This document shows positions 38,424 to 48,706 of a DNA stretch of 64,000 nt, in pieces; positions within the stretch are counted from its first letter, which is position 1; each line of letters starts with the position of its first letter. Made by a program: the position numbers and the translations under genes. The DNA is from an uncultured Bacteroidales bacterium (GTDB lineage Bacteria > Bacteroidota > Bacteroidia > Bacteroidales > UBA10428). The stretch is from contig CAWDBX010000004.1 of NCBI GenBank assembly GCA_963800645.1, forward strand, positions 20,422 to 84,421. Direction: 5' to 3'. The notes beneath the pieces are model-generated. The model saw nothing but the letters and a program-made list of their open reading frames with translations, did not search any database and was not told the DNA's origin.

Positions 38424-41185
38424 CTAATGAGCTTCCAGCCAGTTTTTACCTACACCCATATCCACGGTGAGGGGAACCCGGAGCGGTAAGACGTTCTCCA
38501 TTTCGTACTTCACCATCGCTTTGATTTCTTCGAGCTCAGTCACCGGTACGTCAAATATCAATTCATCATGTACCTGCAAGATCATTCTGCTTTTAAAGAC
38601 AGGTTTCAAGCGTTGCTGAATATTCACCATGGCCAGCTTGATAATATCAGCAGCAGATCCCTGAATCGGAGCATTTATGGCATTTCTTTCCGCCACACCC
38701 CTCACGATGGCGTTGGCCGAATGGATGTCGGGTAAAAACCGCCTCCGGCCCATGATGGTCTCTACATATCCTTTTTCCTTTGCCAGCCCGATGGCATGAT
38801 CCATATATTCCTTCACCCGGGGAAAACTTTCAAAGTATCCGTTGATAAGGGCCGATGCATCCGTCCTCGGAAATATTCAGCCGCTGTGCCAGCCCGAAGG
38901 CAGAAATTCCGTATATAATGCCGAAATTGGCTGTTTTGGCACTGCTTCGCATGGCGGGAGTAACATCGGCTTCCTGCACCTTAAAGATCTTCGCGGCAGT
39001 GGAGACATGTATGTCGGCGTTGTTGGCAAAAGCGGCGACCATGTTTGGATCGCGACTAAGGTGTGCCATGAGCCTCAATTCGATCTGTGAATAATCGGCC
39101 GACAACAATACATGCTGATCATCCGATGCGATAAAGGCTTTACGGATCTCCTTCCCCCGCTCATCTCTCACCGGAATATTCTGCAGGTTAGGATTCCTGG
39201 AACTCAGTCTTCCTGTGCTCACCCACGCCTGGTCAAAAGAAGTATGGATCCTTCCGGTCTCGGGATCAATCAGTTCCGGTAAGGCCTCTACATAGGTACT
39301 TAATAATTTCTGTGTGGCTCTGTAATCCAAGATCTGTCGGATAATGGGGTGTTTGTCAATTAGTTTTACCAGTATTTCCTCCCCGGTGGAGAACTGGTTG
39401 GTCTTGGTCTTCTGAGCCCCGTCGGATATTTTCATTTTCTGAAATAAAACTTCTCCCAACTGCCTGGGTGAGTTAATGTTAAACTTTACCTCAGACATTC
39501 TATAAATCTCATCTTCTAATATTTGTAAATCTCTTTTCAGAATTTCCGAATAATTTTTCAAGGTTTCTTTGCTGATCCTGAATCCGGAATACTCCATCGC
39601 GGCCAATACGGTAATAAGCGGCATCTCGACGGTAACAGCCAACGGAAGCAATCCTTTCTTCTGCAGCTCTTCACTTAACCTGTGATACAATTGCCAGGAA
39701 ATATCGGCATCCTCACCGGCATATTCCTTGATTACCCCGATCTCAATATCGCGCATATTTTTTTGCGGAGTTCCCTTTTTACCGATCAAATCTTCAATAG
39801 GAACCATTTTGTAATGCAGGTAGACCTCCGCCAGATAGTCCAGATTATGCCGTAAATCATTCTGTATCAAATAATGTGCTATCATGGTGTCAAACAGCTC
39901 CCCTTCCACCGATATCTTATAATTCATGAGGATCTGGACGTCATATTTCAGATTCTGTCCTATTTTCCGAATGGCCGGATTCTCAAAAACCGGCTGCAAT
40001 TTTTTTACTATTCTTTCTGCACTTTCATCATCCTGCGGTATCGGAACATAGAAGGCCTCATGATCGTTAAAAGCGAATGAAATGCCCACCAATTTCGATT
40101 CCCTTGTGTTTAAGCCAGTAGTTTCGGTATCAAAGCAAAACTCTTTTTTGCTTTGCAGCCTGGCCACTAACTCATCCAGCACCGGACCTTCCTGAACCAC
40201 ATGATATTGGTGGGGAACCGTGTGAATGGAATCCATTGTGGTGTCTTCCTGTTCAGGTTGATTTTCAGCAGGCCCGAATAAGGTTCCCTGTAAAGGTTGT
40301 TGTTTGGCTTCACTTAATAATCGGTTGGACAAGGTTTTAAATTCAAGTTCGCGAAATAATTTCCATGAGCGTTTTGGTATTCCATTGGCGCATCCTGAGC
40401 TGCTCCAGAGGAATTTCAACGGGAACGACGGTGTTTATTGTGGCCAGTTTCTGCGACAGCAGCACCTGTTCCAAATTGGAGGATAAACTTTCTTTTTGTT
40501 TTGGCTTAAGTTCGTGAACATGCTTCAACAGGTTGTCCAGAGACTGATAGCCGGCGATCAAGTCCTTGGCCGTCTTTTCACCAATACCGGGTGCTCCCGG
40601 AATATTATCGGAAGAGTCCCCCCAAAGGGCGAGAATATCAATAACCTTTTCTGGACTGTCGATGCCAAAAAACTTGTTTACCTCCGGTATGCCGATCACT
40701 TCATATTCATTCCCTGATCTTGAGGGCTTAAACATGAGGATATTCTCGGAAACAAGCTGCATATAGTCCTTGTCCGGTGTTACCATGTAAGTGATGAATC
40801 CTTCGGTTTCGGCCCTTTTTGCCAGGGTGCCGATCACATCGTCCGCCTCATATCCGTTCACTTCAATAACCTGAATATTAAATGCTTCAATAATCTGTTT
40901 GATGATTGGCACGGCTTTTTTTATTTCCTCCGGGGTAGAGAGCCGATTGGCCTTGTATTGACTGTACAAATCGTGCCGGAATGTGGGCGTAGGCGGATCA
41001 AAGACAACAGCAGCAAATTCAGGCATCTCCCGTTTCAGGATATCCGCCAGGGTAGTAGTAAAACCGTAGATGGCCGATGTATTAACTCCCCTGGAATTGA
41101 TCATGGGCCGGTTAATGAATGCATAATAAGCCCTGTAGATGAGCGCATATGCATCGAACAGAAAAATATGTGGTTTTTTACTCAT
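38424..41185 (-). pseudogene. polA: DNA polymerase I; two frame breaks (about 38816-38830 and about 40343-40419)
   Basis: Three colinear ORFs. 40343-41227 is the 5'-3' exonuclease (LFDAYALIYRAYYAF, GVPGIGEKTA-like GAPGIGEKTAKDL). 38830-40419 is the 3'-5' exo and pol part (motif A LLSADYSQIELRLMAHLS; motif B RSSAKTANFGIIYG). 38424-38816 carries motif C (QVHDELIFD). Confidence 0.92.
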
Positions 41186-41257
41186 GACGATTAGGTTTTC
41201 AAAAAAAAACCGGCTGAAATGAATCATCCGGCCTTGCTGTTTCCAACAAGCGGTTTA

Positions 41258-41554
41258 TCAACAGGCGCATTTATTGACGCACTCGATGATATTGCTTAAA
41301 TTCTCATTCTTAATGTAATAATAAGTGTTCTTGCCCTCGCGTTTGGATCCGAGGACTCCCTTGTCTTTTAAAATCCCAAGGTGATGAGAAGTTGTGGATT
41401 GCTCAATCTTAAGGTACTCATGTATCTCAGTTACATTAAGTTGCTTACCTCCATCCAGGTATTGAAGAATGGCAATCCGCATTGGATGTGCGATAGCTTT
41501 TAAAAGGCTGGCAGCTTTTTCCAGTTGTTCTGCCGTTAATCCTTCAAATTTCAT
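41258..41554 (-). CDS. ArsR/SmtB family transcriptional regulator
   Basis: Intact 98-aa ORF with LLKAIAHPMRIAILQYL, VTEIHEYLKIEQSTTSHHLGILKDKGVL and a C-terminal ECVNKCAC. Confidence 0.85.
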   Translation of the reverse strand: MKFEGLTAEQLEKAASLLKAIAHPMRIAILQYLDGGKQLNVTEIHEYLKIEQSTTSHHLGILKDKGVLGSKREGKNTYYYIKNENLSNIIECVNKCAC

Positions 41555-41791
41555 TTTTTAGTACTCTTTATGGGTTAAAAACGTTGGCGCAATGTATGAT
41601 TAATCTGCAATACATGAATAAAATCAAAGGATTAAATTCAATTACATACAAATATATATAAATAACTCAGAATATCGGGTTACCGGAGGCCATAATAATG
41701 TGTCCGGCAATCCATAAAAGCCTGTACCGTATCCCGGAGTAGGATTTTCGTTGTTTTACCCGGTTTCCTCACAAAAACAAGAGATAATTGC

Positions 41792-41799
41792 TAAATTTG
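41792..41799 (+). promoter_or_regulatory. Bacteroidota -7 promoter box (TAnnTTTG) upstream of the long-chain polyprenyl synthase
   Basis: taaatttg lies 18 nt upstream of the ATG at 41817. Confidence 0.4.
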
Positions 41800-41816
41800 A
41801 ACCCTAATACTGAAGC

Positions 41817-42791
41817 ATGTTAGCCATTGATCGTATAAGACAGCCCATTGCATCGGAGTTGGCGGAATTTGACAGCTATCTCAGGAAAGTCATGAAAACC
41901 AGTGTACCACTGCTCAACATCATCATGAATTACCTCCTGAAAAGAAAAGGAAAACAAATGCGGCCCATCCTGGTCTTTCTTTCAGCCAAGCTGCTGGGAA
42001 AACCCAATGCTTCCACTTTCACAGCGGCAGCCCTCATTGAAATTCTGCACACGGCCACGCTAATCCACGACGACGTGGTAGATGACTCCAATGAACGCAG
42101 AGGTTTCTTTTCCATCAATGCCCTCTGGAAATCAAAGGTTTCTGTCTTGCTCGGGGATTATTTACTGGCAACAGGTCTTTTGCTGGCCGTAACCAATAAG
42201 GAATATGAAATTCTGAACATTGTTGCAGATGCGGTAAAAGAAATGAGCGAGGGAGAATTGCTGCAGATTAAGAATTCACGAAAGCCCAATATATCCAAAG
42301 AGGAGTATTACGAAATCATTCGGAAAAAAACCGCGACGCTTATTTCCTGCTGCAGTTCCTGTGGTGCAAAATCTGTTGGAATGCCGGATGAGGTGGTCAA
42401 AAAAATGCAGCGTTTTGGTGAATTGTTGGGAATTGCCTTCCAAATTAAAGACGATCTGCTTGATTATCAGATCAATAACAAAACCGGTAAGCCTGCTGGC
42501 AACGACATCAAAGAAAAGAAACTAACCCTGCCTTTAATACATGCCCTGGAAATGTCTACCACTCCGGAAAGAAAAAGGATCCTTCGCCTGCTCAATCACT
42601 CAGGTAAAAGCAATCACGATTTTCGTGAGATCCTGGATTTTGTTACCCGGAATAACGGGCTGACTTTTGCGGAAGAAAAAATGAATGAATACTCCTCCCT
42701 TGCTTTACAGGAGCTTGGTGACTTTCCCAATCCCGAAATTCAGGAATCGTTGCACGAATTCGTTTCCTATACCATCCTCCGGAATAAATAG
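41817..42791 (+). CDS. ispB: polyprenyl synthetase, long-chain type (octaprenyl/solanesyl-diphosphate synthase-like)
   Basis: Intact 324-aa ORF. The first DDxxD is LIHDDVVDDSNERRG with a small residue (A) at -5 (LHTATLIHDD). The second is FQIKDDLLD. Confidence 0.8.
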   Translation: MLAIDRIRQPIASELAEFDSYLRKVMKTSVPLLNIIMNYLLKRKGKQMRPILVFLSAKLLGKPNASTFTAAALIEILHTATLIHDDVVDDSNERRGFFSINALWKSKVSVLLGDYLLATGLLLAVTNKEYEILNIVADAVKEMSEGELLQIKNSRKPNISKEEYYEIIRKKTATLISCCSSCGAKSVGMPDEVVKKMQRFGELLGIAFQIKDDLLDYQINNKTGKPAGNDIKEKKLTLPLIHALEMSTTPERKRILRLLNHSGKSNHDFREILDFVTRNNGLTFAEEKMNEYSSLALQELGDFPNPEIQESLHEFVSYTILRNK

Positions 42792-42822
42792 GTCAGCAGC
42801 CCATCTTACCAGTCCATTTCAG

Positions 42823-44637
42823 CTATTGCGTTTTTGAAAAGTATTCCAACAAGGCTTTTGCTGCCCGTTTTCCTACAATACCCGTCAATTCTTCCGGCGA
42901 CATTTTTCTGATCATTTCCAGATCTGGTTCGGCCTGCAGCAATTTGATGCTGGATGCCTCCCCAATTCCGGGAATTCCTTTGAAAACCGATTGCAAAAGT
43001 GTTTCCGAGCGCTTCTTTTTATGGAAGGATATCCCAAAACGATGCGCTTCATCTCTGATTCTTTGAATAAGTCTCAGACTGACAGAACCTTTATCGAGAT
43101 AAAGCGGAACCGAATCATCCGGCACATAGATTTCCTCGAGTCTTTTGGCGATACTGATTATCGCGATTTTTCCATACAAGCCAAGTTCTTTTAAACGCTT
43201 CACCGCCGAATTCAATTGTCCTTTTCCGCCATCTATAATGATCAGGTCAGGAAGCTGCCCTTCCTCTTCCAGTAAACGCTTATACCTTCGATGAATGACT
43301 TCCTCCATCGAAGCATAATCATTGGCGCCGGTGACCGTTTTAATATTGTAATGCCGGTAAGCCGATTTAAAAGGCCGGGTTGCCTTAAATACCACACAGG
43401 AAGCTACCGGATCGAAGCCCTGTAAATTGGAATTGTCAAAACATTCGATATGAAAAGGAATTTTTGCCAATCTTAAATCCTGCTGAAGCCTTGCCAATAC
43501 CGTCTCTTCCTGCTCCGACCATTTATCGTTCAATCTCAAAGCCACCTTGTCGTTTCTGAAGGAAGTCACATTGCGACTGGAAAGATCCAGCACTTTCTTT
43601 TTGTCGCCCCTGACCGGGACGGTGAAGGTTACTCCTTCTATAACCACATCGGGTTTAAAGGGAACGATCACTTCTTTGGCCGAACTTTGAAACCTGTTCC
43701 TCAAGTTGAACACACTGTACCCCAATACATCATGCTTGTCCTCAGGCAAAAACTTTTGTACCTCCAGATTGTGCGCCTGAACAATAGCCCCGTTGACGAT
43801 TTTTAAAAAATTAATGTATGCATAATTTTCTTCATCCAGGATGCTGAACACATCTACATTGTTAATCTTTGGATTTACTATGGTCGATTTTCCCTTAAAT
43901 TTCTCCAGAATTTCCAGTTTCTGTTTTACTATTTCCGCCTCCTCAAACAGCAATTGCCGGGCATAACGCTCCATCACTTTCTTCAGGTGCACAATAACCT
44001 GCTGGTAATTCCCTTTCAGGATATCCCTGATCTCCGCAATGGACTGCTGATACTCCTCCAACGTTTGTAATCCCTCGCAAGGACCTTTACAATTGCCCAT
44101 ATGGAACTCCAGACACCGCTTGAATCTGCCTTGCTCAATACCTGCCGCACTTAAAGCCAATTTGCAGGTTCTTAGTTTATACAATTGCCGAATCAGTCCG
44201 AGTAACGTCTTGACCATGATGCCCGATGTGTAAGGACCAAAGTATTCCGAACCATCGCTGACATAGTTTCTGGTTTGCATCACCCTGGGGAATCTTTCTT
44301 TCTTGATGCAAATCCAGGGATAGGTTTTATCATCCTTGAGCAAAATGTTGTACCTGGGCTGATATTCCTTTATCAGGTTGTTTTCAAGCAATAAAGCTTC
44401 TGATTCATTTTCAACAAGAATGTATTTGATATCGGCAATTTTCTTGACCAGGACTTCGTGCTTGTAATTCCGGTTATCGGATAAGATGAAATAGCTGGCT
44501 ACCCTTTTTCGCAAGTTTTTTGCCTTCCCAATATAAAGGATCTCTCCGGCGAAATTTAAAAACTGATACACCCCTGGTTTTTGGGGTAATGTATTCACCA
44601 ATTCTTGCGGTAAAGATTTTTTAGACATCATGGCCAT
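42823..44637 (-). CDS. uvrC: excinuclease ABC subunit C
   Basis: Intact ORF. The start is one of three Met codons at 44637, 44631 or 44628. It has the GIY-YIG motif GVYQFLNFAGEILYIGKAKNLRKRVASY, the Cys cluster CLEFHMGNCKGPCEG, the endonuclease domain and a C-terminal (HhH)2. Confidence 0.92.
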   Translation of the reverse strand: MAMMSKKSLPQELVNTLPQKPGVYQFLNFAGEILYIGKAKNLRKRVASYFILSDNRNYKHEVLVKKIADIKYILVENESEALLLENNLIKEYQPRYNILLKDDKTYPWICIKKERFPRVMQTRNYVSDGSEYFGPYTSGIMVKTLLGLIRQLYKLRTCKLALSAAGIEQGRFKRCLEFHMGNCKGPCEGLQTLEEYQQSIAEIRDILKGNYQQVIVHLKKVMERYARQLLFEEAEIVKQKLEILEKFKGKSTIVNPKINNVDVFSILDEENYAYINFLKIVNGAIVQAHNLEVQKFLPEDKHDVLGYSVFNLRNRFQSSAKEVIVPFKPDVVIEGVTFTVPVRGDKKKVLDLSSRNVTSFRNDKVALRLNDKWSEQEETVLARLQQDLRLAKIPFHIECFDNSNLQGFDPVASCVVFKATRPFKSAYRHYNIKTVTGANDYASMEEVIHRRYKRLLEEEGQLPDLIIIDGGKGQLNSAVKRLKELGLYGKIAIISIAKRLEEIYVPDDSVPLYLDKGSVSLRLIQRIRDEAHRFGISFHKKKRSETLLQSVFKGIPGIGEASSIKLLQAEPDLEMIRKMSPEELTGIVGKRAAKALLEYFSKTQ

Positions 44638-44691
44638 TTCTATGTACAGAATGTTCCACGTGGAACATCCATCAAAACCCTTTACTGTCAA

Positions 44692-46560
44692 CTACCTACC
44701 CATATAAAGCAATAATACATTGATGTCGCTTGGAGAGATACCGGAAATTCGGGCAGCCTGTCCGATGGTTGTCGGCCTGTATTTTTTAAGTTTAAATCTA
44801 CCCTCTGTGGAGATGGATAGCAAGGAATCAAATTCAATTCCCTGATCAATCCGAATGCCGTCCAATCTTCCTATCTTATCTGCCAGCAGTTTCTCTCTTT
44901 CAATATATCCTTTATATTTATTTTCAATTTCCACCGATTCCATCAACTCCTGAAAATAATACCGATCCTGATCAAAATCGTGTTTATCTTGTACCAGCTC
45001 AATAAGATCCACCAGGCTAATTTCAGGTCTCATGATCACTTCCACCAATTTAAGTTTCTGACGAAGCACGCTTGAATTTTTTGCCAGCAAGAGACCATTG
45101 ATTTGTTCCGGGGCGATGCTCTTTGTCTTTAAGAACTCATTTAAGTTTTTTCTGCTTCCATTTTCTCCTGAAACAACCTCTTGCGCTTCCTCCGATGCCA
45201 GACCCAGGTGAATGGCTTTCGCCGTAAGTCGTTCATCTGCATTATCCTGCCGTCAATAAGATCCGGTATTCCGCTCTGGAGGTAAACATTCTATAGGGTT
45301 CATCAACACCCTTGGTGACCAAATCATCAATTAAAACACCAATATAAGCTTCCTCTCTCTTTAACAACAGAGGTCCTGCCCGCTAATTTTCATATAATGC
45401 GTTAATGCCTGCCATCATACCCTGCGCCGCGGCTTCTTCATAACCCGTTGTTCCGTTAATCTGTCCGGCAAAAAACAAGGAATCGATATTTTGCTTTCCA
45501 GGCTATGATGCAACTGGGTTGGCATAAAAATAATCATACTCGATGGCATATCCGGGTCTGAATATTCTCACATTTTCCAAACCTTCTATTCTTTTTATTG
45601 CCTCATACTGAATATTCAGGGGTAATGACGAAGAAAATCCATTGATATAGTATTCATTCGTATCCCAGCCTTCCGGTTCCAAAAACAATTGATGCCGCTC
45701 CCGTTGGCTAAAAGTGACGATTTTATCTTCAATGCTGGGACAATACCGTGGCCCGGTACCCTGGATGGTACCATTATACAAAGGAGAATCCTCGAAACCG
45801 GTTCTTAGAATATCATGAACCTTTTCATTGGTATACGTGATATAACAACTTAATTGCTTTTCCGGAGATCTTGGTTTCTAAAAAAGAAAATCTTCGGTAT
45901 CTCGATCTCCCTTTTGTTCCTCCAATATGAAAATCGATGGTTCTTCCATCCAATCCTCGCAGGTGTTCCTGTTTTTAACCGGCCCGAAACAATACCCAAA
46001 TTTATTAATTGCTCCGTAATTCCATCGATATGGTCTCCGACATCCGTCCGCCTTCCATATTTACCCGACCTACATGGATTAATCCATTTCCAAAGGTTCC
46101 GACGGTAAGGATCACTGCCTTCGCATTAAAAACTGCGTTCAGTTTCGTTCTAACCCCAACAAACCTGTGATGATCGAATAAAAGCTCATTTACATTATCC
46201 TGCCAAAAATCAATTGCTGATTGTTTTCCAGTATCTGTCGCCATTCAACGGTAAATCGTACCCGGTCACATTGCGCCCGTGGGCTCCACACAGCTGGTCC
46301 TTTCGATCGGTTTAACATTCTGAACTGAATCATACTCCGATCCGTAACAATCCCGGAAAATCCCCCCATAGCATCTATTTCCCTAACTATCTGACCTTTA
46401 GCAATTCCACCCATAGCCGGATTACATGACATTTGTCCCAACTTCGTCATATCCATGGTCACCAAGAAGGACTTTTGCCCCTAACTGCGCCGCAGCATGC
46501 GCTGCTTCACATCCCGCATGGCCAGCCCCCAACAACAATAATATCATACAACAAGTTCAT
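44692..46560 (-). pseudogene. mnmG: tRNA uridine 5-carboxymethylaminomethyl modification enzyme MnmG (GidA); at least 5 frame breaks upstream of about 45090
   Basis: From the ATG at 46560 it reads MNLLYDIIVVG then, out of frame, HAGCEAA. Fragments 46190-46465 (MSCNPAMGGIAKGQIVREIDAMGG), 46005-46244, 45503-45781 ([17 protein letters not shown]...FLEPEG) and the intact C-terminus 44692-45090 (IGQAARISGISPSDINVLLLY) are colinear. Confidence 0.88.
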
Positions 46561-46583
46561 CGGTTCCCAAATTATATCCTTCC

Positions 46584-46996
46584 TTAAATGGCAAAGATAA
46601 GATCTTCTTTCATTCTCATAACTTTCCTATCTGTCCTCTTTTTCATCTACATAACCAATTAAATGCAAAACTCCATGAATAATTACCCGAAAGAGTTCTT
46701 CCATTCCTGGCGTCCTGTATTTCCGTGCATTAGCCGCAACCTGATCAATACTGATATAGATTTCTCCAGATACAAGTATCCTTCCGGCTATATTACAAAT
46801 GTGATAACATCTGTAAAATAACTATGTTTTAAAAAAGTAGTGTTGATCGATAAAATATTATGGTTATCCGTAAAGATGATATGGATTTCCCTAACTTTCT
46901 GTTTTCCTCATGGAGGATATGCTCAATAAGTACCCTTGCTTCTTTTGAATGATTAAATCTTTTGTGAATGCCTAGATAATTGAATACAATCTTCAA
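46584..46996 (-). pseudogene. ybeY: rRNA maturation endoribonuclease YbeY; at least 3 frame breaks, start uncertain
   Basis: Hand translation gives ...ARVLIEHILHEENRKLG / IHIIFTDNHNILSINTTFLKHSYFTDVITF / SGEIYISIDQVAANARKYRTPGMEELFRVIIHGVLHLIGYVDEKEED / KVMRMKEDLIFAI-stop (46584). HGVLHLIGY is the YbeY metal-binding motif. Confidence 0.7.
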
Positions 46997-46999
46997 TTT

Positions 47000-47400
47000 C
47001 TACTTAATATTAAATTCCAATTCTACGGTGGCGCCATTCCGTGGAGAATTCAATTTTGTCCGAAAACTTTTCCATCAGAAATATACCCCTACCATTCACA
47101 TTTTCAATATTTTCCGGGGCCGTTGGATCCGGAACATTCTTATAGTCAAATCCTTTGCCTTCATCCTCGATTTTAATCCGCAGTTTATTCGTCTTCGATA
47201 CTGAACAGGATGTTCACCATCTTATTCTCATCCAGCTTATTTCCATGCAATATCGCATTATTGGCAGCTTCCAGCGATGCAATCAGAATATTTCCATAAA
47301 TATCGGCACTTATATTATATTCGGCAGACAACTCGTCTACCATTTTCTCCACTTTTCTTAAATTCTCAATTTTTGAGACAATTTTAAGTGACTTTTCCAT
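47000..47400 (-). pseudogene. small RsbW-like ATP-binding protein (anti-sigma regulatory factor/HATPase_c_2 type); 2 frame breaks
   Basis: ORF 47185-47400 reads IENLRKVEKMVDELSAEYNISADIYGNILIASLEAANNAILHGN. It continues in other frames as KLRIKIEDEGKGFDYKNVPDPTAPENIENVNGRGIFLMEKFSDKIEFS / NGATVELEFNIK-stop. Confidence 0.65.
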
Positions 47401-47504
47401 TATACTTCTTGTTTCGATTACAATTTATATACTGAAATAATCCCCATTTGTTACTCTTTTCGTCAACAATTATGCTAAATTACAAAAAAAATGTTGCATT
47501 TCAA

Positions 47505-48692
47505 TTAATGCGCCAACCATAACTCCGGATCCCTTTTTTCTGTTTCTTTCCATATCTGGAAATAAAGAATCGTTTCTTTCGTGGTTTCATTCGTAAAAAT
47601 GGTCCCGATCACATCCTTCGTATTGATACTTTGACCTGCCTTGATCTTGACATTGATCAGATTATGATACAACGTATAGTAATCCCCATGTTTGATGATC
47701 ACAGTATAATTTTCACCCGGAATGGTAAATACCCGTGAAACAATCCCCTTAAAAATCGATCGGGCAATCTCTCCTTTGCCCGTGGAGATATATATACCGT
47801 CATTTCTGATGGTCACCGATTTATAATCGGGATGCTGATGCTCGCCGTACTTTCCGGTAATAATTCCTCTAATCGTGGGCCATGGGAGTCTTCCGGCATT
47901 CTTTTCAAAATCACTTGAAATAATTTTCTCTTCCGGGGTCATAAAATCCTTTAGCCCTGAAGCCTTTATCTTCCGCCTTTCTTCATCAATGATCTTTTTC
48001 AGTTCATTCTCCAATTTCCTGGCTGTCTTCTCTTTTTCCTTTATTTCCTGTTCAATTTCCCGCTGCTTTTTCTTTAATTGTGCCACCAGTTTCTTTTTCT
48101 CATTTACCTCTCTCGCGATAATATCACTTTCCCTTTTCGCCGACTTTACCAGCAAATCCTTCTCGTCTCTCAACATGGCCAACTCCTTATTTCTCTCCAA
48201 TAAATTGCTGATCAGCGCTTCCATCTGAATGCGACGGCTTTTTAGATATCGATTATAAATCTTGATGATCCTTATCCTTTTATACAGCTGATTCAAATTT
48301 TCTGAAGCCAGAAAATACATGATCCTGTAGTTCGCACTCCGGTTTTTATACAGATTGTATACCAGCAGACCATAAATCTTCTTTAACTTATTGATCTCCG
48401 CCTGTATGGCAGCAGCCGAATCAATATTATCCTCCATCACCGAAGATATCATATTCACTTCCAGCTCCACGCCGAGCAAAAACTCCTTCCTTTTATTCAG
48501 TTTATGGTTGATCAGGTTAATTTCATGTAACGATTCCTGTGTCTTTCCTTTTGTTTCAAGAAGAAGCTTATTGGCATACTCAATTTCCTGCAACGTGATA
48601 TCCCGGTTCTTTTTAATTTTTTCCGCTGATTCCTGCGCAATAACAGACAGGACAATCAGATTGATTAAAAAGAATAAAATCCCTCTCTTCAT
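47505..48692 (-). CDS. M23 family metallopeptidase with long coiled-coil (EnvC-like murein hydrolase activator)
   Basis: ORF 47505-48797, with the likely start at MKRGILFFLINLIVLSVIAQ (48692). It has an extended K/E-rich coiled coil. The C-terminal LytM/M23 domain reads WPTIRGIITGKYGEHQHPDYKSVTIRNDGIYIS...IIKHGDYYTLYHNL. Confidence 0.8.
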   Translation of the reverse strand: MKRGILFFLINLIVLSVIAQESAEKIKKNRDITLQEIEYANKLLLETKGKTQESLHEINLINHKLNKRKEFLLGVELEVNMISSVMEDNIDSAAAIQAEINKLKKIYGLLVYNLYKNRSANYRIMYFLASENLNQLYKRIRIIKIYNRYLKSRRIQMEALISNLLERNKELAMLRDEKDLLVKSAKRESDIIAREVNEKKKLVAQLKKKQREIEQEIKEKEKTARKLENELKKIIDEERRKIKASGLKDFMTPEEKIISSDFEKNAGRLPWPTIRGIITGKYGEHQHPDYKSVTIRNDGIYISTGKGEIARSIFKGIVSRVFTIPGENYTVIIKHGDYYTLYHNLINVKIKAGQSINTKDVIGTIFTNETTKETILYFQIWKETEKRDPELWLAH

Positions 48693-48706
48693 TTTGATAA
48701 TAGTAT

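Noticed and set aside
38424-41185. Programmed ribosomal frameshifting in polA, dnaG or other split genes
   Set aside because: No programmed frameshift is known for these families. The breaks look the same as the dozens of others in the window, so a recoding signal need not be invoked.
47401-47504. Weak hairpin (aaatg-caa-cattt plus a T-run on the minus strand) after the M23 peptidase gene as a terminator
   Set aside because: The stem is only 5 bp and all A/T-rich, too weak to call from sequence alone.
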